DNA of 64,000 nucleotides from a bacterium (GTDB lineage Bacteria; Patescibacteriota; Microgenomatia; UBA1406; GWC2-37-13). Below the pieces are notes generated by a model, which was not told the origin of the DNA, ran no database searches, and saw nothing but the letters and a program-made list of their open reading frames with translations. The stretch spans positions 112,241 through 176,240 of the forward strand of contig JAKQDR010000172.1 in NCBI GenBank assembly GCA_029573715.1, given 5' to 3'. Position numbers and translations under genes: made by a program. This document shows, piece by piece, positions 28,618 through 34,619 of this stretch (the stretch's first letter is position 1; the number at the start of each line of letters is the position of its first letter).

Positions 28618-29376
28618 ATGGCCTCTATGAGCTCGGGTTCAGGCGGATCCAAAAAAAACCGCAATTACAACAATCGCAATACTCTTGAAGTTGAAAAGCA
28701 GTACTCTGCTTCCCCCTCCCGCACTTCAACTACGCGCAGAAAATCATTTGGCGAATCGGTCCAGGATGTGATGTATGGTGCTGCGCGTGCAGCTGGCGAT
28801 GCAATGACAGGCGCTGCCACCGGAGTCATCAATGAAATTTCAGGTTACAACCAAGATACGTATGATTATGGGGATGGTTATGAAAACGCTTCTCAAGCGC
28901 AGTCGCTTGATAGGGGCGGTGTCCGCATTCCAACCTACGCTGAATTTCAAAAAGAACAAGAGCAAAAAAACATGCAATTTTTCATGGAGCAACAGCGTGC
29001 TGCTGAAGCTGAGGCTCGCAAGCGCCTGGATGAGGATAGAAAAAAAATACAAGAAATCCACGACATGCTGCGTAAAGAAATTGAAAAGTACGAAAAAGCC
29101 CAGACCACCATGAATGAAAATTTAGAGAAAATTAAAAAGATACTTCTTTTGGAGGAACAGCAAGCGAAAACAGGCATATATCATATTACCCATGCGGAGG
29201 TGCTGGTGATGATGTTCCGATCATTCGTTGCAAATGTGAGCGAGTCAAACACCTGGCTTGAGGCGATGATATCGCGCAAGAAAAAGCGGGGCAGCCTCTT
29301 TGCAGTGCAAAGCAAATCCAAAGGTACACAATACTCAATGTCGCAAGAACTTGCAATCGCTCGATCGAGTGGATAA
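28618..29376 (+). CDS. hypothetical protein with coiled-coil segment (252 aa)
   Basis: The ORF has a Q/E/K-rich helical middle (FMEQQRAAEAEARKRLDEDRKKIQEIHDMLRKEIEKYEK). No motif was recognised. Confidence 0.6.
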   Translation: MASMSSGSGGSKKNRNYNNRNTLEVEKQYSASPSRTSTTRRKSFGESVQDVMYGAARAAGDAMTGAATGVINEISGYNQDTYDYGDGYENASQAQSLDRGGVRIPTYAEFQKEQEQKNMQFFMEQQRAAEAEARKRLDEDRKKIQEIHDMLRKEIEKYEKAQTTMNENLEKIKKILLLEEQQAKTGIYHITHAEVLVMMFRSFVANVSESNTWLEAMISRKKKRGSLFAVQSKSKGTQYSMSQELAIARSSG

Positions 29377-29444
29377 TGGCCATTGAGAGAGGAGTGTTTT
29401 ACGTTACATCTATAAATGACTATTGAAATATTACCTTAAATAAT

Positions 29445-29771
29445 ATGTATCTTGAAATTAGAAGATGGCCGGATAGTTGTGGTCGGATGCCTGGTTGTCA
29501 AGGTTGTCCTGTTGCTGAAGGTGTAGAGAGAGTTGAAATTGAGGGAGATAGTTTAACTCAAGAATCATATTCAGCTGCCCTGCGTGAGATGTTGGGAGTA
29601 GTTCCTGCGAATCGCCACAGACTGTCAGAGAATGGCCGTTGGGTAAGGGGGGACGTCAAGGCTTTGAGTAATCAGCCTAAAAACCCACGTAATGTTTATT
29701 GTGCAGGGGGCACTGTGGGTTTAGTGTTTATCAGGTCAGCAGCAGCGCAATCGAACGCCACAGCTGAATGA
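29445..29771 (+). CDS. small 4-Cys protein, paralog 1 (108 aa)
   Basis: It has the N-terminal motif SCGRMPGCQGCP (C-G-x4-C-x-G-C) and a fourth Cys near the C-terminus (VYCAGG). Confidence 0.55.
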   Translation: MYLEIRRWPDSCGRMPGCQGCPVAEGVERVEIEGDSLTQESYSAALREMLGVVPANRHRLSENGRWVRGDVKALSNQPKNPRNVYCAGGTVGLVFIRSAAAQSNATAE

Positions 29772-29804
29772 TTGAGTGATAAGATTATTTTTATTTTGTA
29801 AATT

Positions 29805-29963
29805 ATGGCATATAGAGCTGAGTATAGACTTGCAACCCATAAGGCTGATGAGCAGCCACCTTTGAAAGGTGAATGTGGCAAGTATGATGAGTGTTCGGGT
29901 TGTCCTTTACTACCAAGGGGCGGAGTGGTTTGGGTAAGAGGGCTACTGCCTCCGATTTATTAA
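29805..29963 (+). CDS. small Cys-motif ORF, paralog 2 N-terminal part (52 aa; below track cutoff)
   Basis: My translation is MAYRAEYRLATHKADEQPPLKGECGKYDECSGCPLLPRGGVVWVRGLLPPIY. It carries the same C-G-x4-C-x-G-C motif. TAA at 29961-29963 is in frame with the next ORF. Confidence 0.45.
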   Translation: MAYRAEYRLATHKADEQPPLKGECGKYDECSGCPLLPRGGVVWVRGLLPPIY

Positions 29964-29972
29964 GATCATACG

Positions 29973-30194
29973 ATGTTAGATAGAAGGCGGGGCCGCAAAC
30001 CATCGAATGTGCGACGCAACCGAAAGATAATCCATGAGCTTCAAGAAAAGCTGAAATTAACAGCTGTAGCACAAAAACCGGATCGAACACATGATCTAGC
30101 AGATGCTGTGAGAAGGTCGCAAGCTATTGAAACAACTTGTTTGGCGGGAAAACCGGTCACACTTTTTACTGAATGCACTGAGATCACCGGATAA
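29973..30194 (+). CDS. basic 73-aa ORF, same frame as 29805..29963 (possible C-terminal part of paralog 2)
   Basis: It starts 3 codons after the in-frame TAA. The C-terminus CLAGKPVTLFTEC weakly resembles the YCAGGTVGLVF tail of paralog 1. Confidence 0.45.
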   Translation: MLDRRRGRKPSNVRRNRKIIHELQEKLKLTAVAQKPDRTHDLADAVRRSQAIETTCLAGKPVTLFTECTEITG

Positions 30195-30235
30195 GGATAA
30201 TGTTAGGAAAAGATTAAGCAAATAATATAAGTCAT

Positions 30236-30538
30236 ATGCAATTTGAAATCAGCGATACCATACGTGCACTTGTTACACCTGGTGATGGTTCAGATCCGCA
30301 CTGTCACTTATGCGCGCATAGGTTGTGTTATTTAAAGCAAAATGGATTGAGGGGAACGGTGGTTCGCTTGGATCCTCGAGAGAGTGCCGCCAAACAATTA
30401 CGTGAACGATACGGGTTGAAAACTGGATTGCCAGGTGATCAATTTAACCGCAATTGGGCAAGACCAGATGTTGCGGGTGGATGCGTTACTTGTTTCGCAA
30501 ATGAGCGTTGTTTTGTGCAGAGGATAATGAATGAATAA
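30236..30538 (+). CDS. small Cys-rich protein, paralog 3 (100 aa)
   Basis: It has HCHLCAHRLC (C-x2-C-x4-C) near the N-terminus and GGCVTCFANERC near the C-terminus. Confidence 0.5.
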   Translation: MQFEISDTIRALVTPGDGSDPHCHLCAHRLCYLKQNGLRGTVVRLDPRESAAKQLRERYGLKTGLPGDQFNRNWARPDVAGGCVTCFANERCFVQRIMNE

Positions 30539-30599
30539 GGCAGCACTATTTATAACCATTAATTAACGTGGTTTTCAGTTTACAGTAATTATCAGAAAT

Positions 30600-30866
30600 A
30601 TGACAGATACAATAGGTGCGATGTCTGCTGGAAAGTATATTCATTGTGGTGGATGTGACCAAAGAGAAGCGTGTGGCTTATGGAGATTGGGTGGCATGAG
30701 TGCAAGACATACAAGGCCTGCTACAACTGATGAAGCAGGCACACTGTTGCAACGACTGAATTTGACTCCAGAGGCAACCACAGAAGACGTTCTCTTACGA
30801 TTTATATCACCATCAGGTAGTATATTTGTGCGTTGTATTAACAATCATCGTGTCAGGCTTAAATAA
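30600..30866 (+). CDS. small 4-Cys protein, paralog 4 (88 aa)
   Basis: It has HCGGCDQREACG (C-x2-C-x5-C) near the N-terminus and a single C-terminal Cys (FVRCIN). Confidence 0.5.
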   Translation: MTDTIGAMSAGKYIHCGGCDQREACGLWRLGGMSARHTRPATTDEAGTLLQRLNLTPEATTEDVLLRFISPSGSIFVRCINNHRVRLK

Positions 30867-30871
30867 CGTCT

Positions 30872-31060
30872 ATGTCTTACATATATGAACTCAAAATTAT
30901 TGGGCCTGCTCGGTCAGATTGTGGTACGCATCCAAACTGTGCTGGTTGTGGGTTGCGTGCTTTAGGGCCCGGTGAATCCGCCTCAACCACTGTTGAAAGC
31001 CCACTTGAGCCAACAACCAATGAAGCAAATGCATGGCTCAGTAGAGCGATTCAGTTTTAG
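30872..31060 (+). CDS. small Cys-motif ORF, paralog 5 N-terminal part (62 aa)
   Basis: The motif is SDCGTHPNCAGCG (C-G-x4-C-x-G-C). It ends at TAG 31058-31060. Confidence 0.5.
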   Translation: MSYIYELKIIGPARSDCGTHPNCAGCGLRALGPGESASTTVESPLEPTTNEANAWLSRAIQF

Positions 31061-31282
31061 AATGATCCGGATTTAAATTATCCTTTTACAAAAGGTTTAC
31101 GGCGGCTGGGCGTTAGAGCATCTAACTGGTTTGACAGAGCATTAAGAAGAATAAATAAGGCTGCTCCTGAATCTGCTATTGTTATAACAAATGCTTCTGG
31201 ATTTGGAACAGTGTACTCTGCAATGTGTCCGGCAAATAGACAAGTAATTATAGATGCACGTCCAATTGCAGCACAAGAATAA
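31061..31282 (+). other. 73 stop-free codons in the same frame directly after the TAG of paralog 5, with no plausible own start
   Basis: My codon-by-codon translation is NDPDLNYPFTKGLRRLGVRASNWFDRALRRINKAAPESAIVITNASGFGTVYSAMCPANRQVIIDARPIAAQE then TAA 31280-31282. The tail weakly resembles that of paralog 1. Confidence 0.45.
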
Positions 31283-31346
31283 AAAGTGTTTCATCGTTCA
31301 ATCCAGATATATAATGTCGATGCACGTCTTCATCTTTGTTGAACAC

Positions 31347-31952
31347 TTACTGTTTATCTATCTGCCGATACACCCATTCAATTTTTGTTGCCCAGACGCC
31401 ATTGGGGGAGCTTGGTGTGTAAACCTTCATAATGGCGCTTGGTGACGACATACCTTTGTCATAATACTGCTCGCGCAAGCCTCGGCTGATGGTACGTATG
31501 GCCTGCTCATAACTTTCAAAACGGGTGACTTTATTGCCATATATCCCCCACCCCCAACAGTTATATGAGTTGGAGTGAATGTTTTTGCAAAGTGTTGATT
31601 CATTCATGGCGATAGCGGGCAACAGTCGATAGTCAATGCCATACTGCTCTGCTTGCTCAACGATAAGTCGTGCGTAGGGATACAAAGGAGATTCATGCTG
31701 TGCAAAAAACGATTCAAGTTTGCGCACATTCTCCCGCCTTATAATTTGTAAGGCAGATTCACTTGGTGTATATGCCGTCGTCATTTGATGTGCTTGAAGT
31801 GTGTGATGAATGCTTCGCCATGTATATGCAAGTACCGCCACCGATAAACACGTGATGATAAACAATGCAAATAGCGCTATATCAATCGGCGTATGGAGCA
31901 GCGCGTGTAAACGGCGCAGTAATCGCGATTTGTGATTTACTTGATGTTTCAT
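31347..31952 (-). CDS. membrane-anchored lysozyme-like / transglycosylase-like protein
   Basis: It has an N-terminal TM segment. The segment LLPAIAMNESTLCK...NCWGWGIYG resembles catalytic-Glu regions of SLT/glucosaminidase-type muramidases (by eye). Confidence 0.45.
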   Translation of the reverse strand: MKHQVNHKSRLLRRLHALLHTPIDIALFALFIITCLSVAVLAYTWRSIHHTLQAHQMTTAYTPSESALQIIRRENVRKLESFFAQHESPLYPYARLIVEQAEQYGIDYRLLPAIAMNESTLCKNIHSNSYNCWGWGIYGNKVTRFESYEQAIRTISRGLREQYYDKGMSSPSAIMKVYTPSSPNGVWATKIEWVYRQIDKQ

Positions 31953-32007
31953 AGCAGGGATAAGGATAGTATAATAACAGGTGTAAAATCAACATTAAGC
32001 AGTTCTT

Positions 32008-32081
32008 GCGCCTGTAGCTTAATTGGATAGAGCGTCAGTCTTCGGAACTGAAGGTTGCAGGTTCAAGTCCTGCCAGGCGCA
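32008..32081 (+). tRNA. tRNA-Arg(UCG), CCA not encoded
   Basis: GCGCCTGTAGCTTAATTGGATAGAGCGTCAGTCTTCGGAACTGAAGGTTGCAGGTTCAAGTCCTGCCAGGCGCA folds as a canonical cloverleaf. Confidence 0.9.
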
Positions 32082-32112
32082 CAAGTGGATATACGCATCG
32101 AATCCGTGTCAA

Positions 32113-32214
32113 GCAGGTTCCCCGCAATCGTGTGCGATATGCGGGACTAACTGTCCGTAATGCTCGAGTTTCACTCGTCGCAAACGGTCAGTTGAGCAAG
32201 TCCTGCCAGGCGCA
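32113..32214 (+). repeat. truncated second copy of the tRNA-Arg(UCG) T-arm and acceptor 3' strand, split inside the T-loop by a 76-nt two-hairpin element (32121-32196)
   Basis: GCAGGTTC (32113-32120) plus CAAGTCCTGCCAGGCGCA (32197-32214) reproduce the tRNA 3' part exactly. The insert is CCCGCAATCGTGTGCGATATGCGGGACTAACTGTCCGTAATGCTCGAGTTTCACTCGTCGCAAACGGTCAGTTGAG. Confidence 0.8.
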
Positions 32215-32264
32215 CATTGTTGTATCTTAACGATACGAAGTGAGTTTAGATACAACAGTGACAA

Positions 32265-32336
32265 GGGCTCGTAGCTCAACGGTAGAGCAGTTCCCTCTTA
32301 AGGAATTGGTTGAGAGTTCGAATCTCTCCGAGCTCA
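32265..32336 (+). tRNA. tRNA-Lys(CUU), CCA not encoded
   Basis: GGGCTCGTAGCTCAACGGTAGAGCAGTTCCCTCTTAAGGAATTGGTTGAGAGTTCGAATCTCTCCGAGCTCA folds as a canonical cloverleaf. Confidence 0.9.
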
Positions 32337-32381
32337 CAGACAGTATCAGAAACAGCAATTGCCCCCTCGATGACCCACCAT

Positions 32382-32602
32382 AGAGTTAAGAGCAGTCCGC
32401 CAGTGGGCGGATTGGTTGAGAGTTCGAATCTCTCCGGACTCACATACACCAAGGGGAGGGGTTTCCGCCAAAAGCGGACAGGTTTTGAGAGTTCTCCCGA
32501 TAGTCATTAATAGCTATCGGGACAAATCCCGCAAAGCGGGGAAATCTCTCCGGACTCACATAAACCAAGGGGAGGGGTTTCCGCCAAAGGCGGACAGGGT
32601 TT
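32382..32602 (+). repeat. array of tRNA-like 3' halves and 52-nt direct repeats downstream of tRNA-Lys
   Basis: An uninterrupted T-arm plus acceptor strand GAGAGTTCGAATCTCTCCGGACTCA ends at 32442. A second copy (32487-32558) is split after TTC by TCCCGATAGTCATTAATAGCTATCGGGACAAATCCCGCAAAGCGGGG. The repeat CGGACTCACATAMACCAAGGGGAGGGGTTTCCGCCAAARGCGGACAGGKTTT occurs at 32435-32486 and 32551-32602. Confidence 0.8.
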
Positions 32603-32607
32603 GGAAG

Positions 32608-33279
32608 TTACTTCGCCAGCAGATTTGTGACCAGCTCTTCAATGCCAATGCGTTTCTTCGCGGATGTTTTGACGATTAATATATCAGGATTTACATCGTA
32701 GATATTTTGGATGGCTTTTTGTTCATCAAACTCAGCTACTGATGCCAGATCAATTTTAGAAATCACGCATATATCTGCAGAATGAAACATGGTGGGGTAT
32801 TTGAGCGGCTTATCTTCCCCTTCAGTCACTGCCATAAGTACCATGCGCTTTGTTTCTCCCAGATCATAGCTTGCGGGGCACACTAGATTGCCCACGTTCT
32901 CAATAAATAATATGTCAGCATCTCGCCATGGAAGGGTTTTAAGCCCTTGCTTCACCATACGCGCATCCAGATGACAGGCGCCATGCGTGTTGATCTGATA
33001 TGTGTGAGCTCCGCTTGATGCGAGCCTTTTTGCGTCATGGTCGGTTGATAAATCTCCCACAATGGCACAGACATGCAATCCCTTTGTTATAAGTTCGCGC
33101 GACACGACAGTAAGGAGTTCAGTTTTTCCCGACCCAGGGCTTGATACGACATTGATAACGGTGGTTTTATTTTTTGCAAAGTTGCGCCTCAAAATTTGCG
33201 CCCGCCGATCATTCTCTTCCAATATACCTGTCCGAATGGTCATGATTTTTGGATTGTTACTCATAGGTGATGCGGTCAA
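32608..33279 (-). CDS. hypB: hydrogenase/urease nickel-incorporation GTPase HypB
   Basis: It has the P-loop SSPGSGKTELL, CHLDARMV and ENVGNLVCPASYDLGE motifs typical of HypB. Confidence 0.9.
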   Translation of the reverse strand: MTASPMSNNPKIMTIRTGILEENDRRAQILRRNFAKNKTTVINVVSSPGSGKTELLTVVSRELITKGLHVCAIVGDLSTDHDAKRLASSGAHTYQINTHGACHLDARMVKQGLKTLPWRDADILFIENVGNLVCPASYDLGETKRMVLMAVTEGEDKPLKYPTMFHSADICVISKIDLASVAEFDEQKAIQNIYDVNPDILIVKTSAKKRIGIEELVTNLLAK

Positions 33280-33601
33280 TGGTCATTTCGGTTCCCTTAA
33301 TTATGCGAGAAGTGCGCTTCCCACAACTTGCGCATTGTAACCGAAAGCCATTTTTTATGGTGGATTGTCGTTTACAGCTATCGCAATACACAACGAGTTC
33401 ACATTCCTTAATATTGAGCTTGGTAGTATGAAAAAGTGTTTGCTTTGGCATAAGGGAAAAGCTCTCAAGGAGCGCACCCTTCTCAACCCCAGAAAGTACA
33501 CCAAGCGTCACATAAATGCGCGAAACTTTGCGGATATTCTTATTTTCTAGATGCGAGGACACTGTTTGGATTATGCTTTGGGCAACGGCAAGCTCATGCA
33601 T
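33257..33601 (-). CDS. hypA: hydrogenase nickel insertion protein HypA
   Basis: It starts MHELAVAQSII, has two CxxC pairs (CDSC...CASCG) and is 114 aa long. It overlaps the hypB start. Confidence 0.88.
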   Translation of the reverse strand: MHELAVAQSIIQTVSSHLENKNIRKVSRIYVTLGVLSGVEKGALLESFSLMPKQTLFHTTKLNIKECELVVYCDSCKRQSTIKNGFRLQCASCGKRTSRIIKGTEMTIDRITYE

Positions 33602-33678
33602 GATGAACAGTATACTTTATGATTGGTATGACCAGAAATGCAGTAGACTTTCTTTGATGTATACTTGGCGCCAGTAAA

Positions 33679-34605
33679 ATGCTCAATATGAATCGCAGCA
33701 CCTCGAACCTCGCCCTCATCAACGTTTCCCTGTTTTCCTTATTTTGGGCCCTGCAACTGATCGTAAGTAAAATGGCCTTTCAGGCAGGGGCACAACCGGT
33801 ATCCTTTGCACTGCATCAAGGGGTTGTTGCGCTTTTGTTTTTGATGATCCTATTTTTCCGACCTCATGTTAAAAGCATTGTAGTGCTTCCAAAATCGGTT
33901 TTGGTTGGGATCTTAGCTGCTAATGCTATTCACTTTGGCTTTGGTACATTTTTTGGGAATGCAGGTGTGGCGCTCACCTCTGCAGTCAATGTCGGTTTTT
34001 TGGTGAAATTCACACTTGCGACCACCATTCTTCTTGCATGGATTGTACTGAAAGAGCCACTCACTAAACTCAAAATCGGCATTGCACTGTTGATGCTCAC
34101 CGGCTCCTACCTCATTTCAACCGGAGGTAAGTCACTTGTTCCTCACATTGGAGATGTGTTAATTATTATGGCTTGTTTGTCATGGTCGACCGGCAACATT
34201 TTGGTTCGTAAGGCGTTGCATGGTACACATATTAGTGGTGATCTTATCTCCCTTATGCGCCCAATCGCAGGTCTGCCAACTCTTCTTGTGTTTATTGCAC
34301 TATCCCCTCTGTATCCTCCCTCCGTTCAACAAATGTTTGCAATTTCTTATGCTAACTTCCAGTACGCGATATATTTCATCCCCAGCGGTATCTTCACTGC
34401 CCTTTTGTGGATATATCTCAATCGAACGCTTAAGGTTGCGACCGCATCATATATGACCATGATGTCCACAATGACATCGCTTATAGTGCTTGCGCTTGCA
34501 GTTTTGGTGCTTCGGGAATCTGTATCATTGGTGCAAATCGCAGGTGGGGCACTCATTATTATCTCAAGTGTGGTGACGCATTTATTTGGAGAACGTAGAA
34601 AATAA
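33679..34605 (+). CDS. EamA/DMT-family transporter
   Basis: 308 aa with about 10 hydrophobic segments in two similar halves. Confidence 0.65.
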   Translation: MLNMNRSTSNLALINVSLFSLFWALQLIVSKMAFQAGAQPVSFALHQGVVALLFLMILFFRPHVKSIVVLPKSVLVGILAANAIHFGFGTFFGNAGVALTSAVNVGFLVKFTLATTILLAWIVLKEPLTKLKIGIALLMLTGSYLISTGGKSLVPHIGDVLIIMACLSWSTGNILVRKALHGTHISGDLISLMRPIAGLPTLLVFIALSPLYPPSVQQMFAISYANFQYAIYFIPSGIFTALLWIYLNRTLKVATASYMTMMSTMTSLIVLALAVLVLRESVSLVQIAGGALIIISSVVTHLFGERRK

Positions 34606-34619
34606 CATAACGTAACGTT

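Noticed and set aside
32435-32602. Possible CRISPR array (direct repeats with spacer)
   Set aside because: There are only two 52-nt repeats. The repeats themselves are tRNA-like and hairpin modules. The intervening sequence is another tRNA T-arm, and there are no cas genes in the window.
31981-32620. Prophage or integrative element attL/attR at tRNA-Arg or tRNA-Lys
   Set aside because: The duplicated tRNA 3' ends are only ~100-130 nt from the tRNA genes and enclose no genes. No integrase, excisionase or phage gene is recognisable anywhere in the window. The duplicates are instead interrupted by a conserved small element. A heavily decayed att relic cannot be fully excluded.
32310-32679. Track ORFs 32310..32510 and 32416..32679 across the tRNA-Lys repeat array
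   Set aside because: They read through tRNA and tRNA-like sequence, use non-ATG starts and have repetitive translations (MRVRISP.. twice). They are artefacts of the direct repeats.
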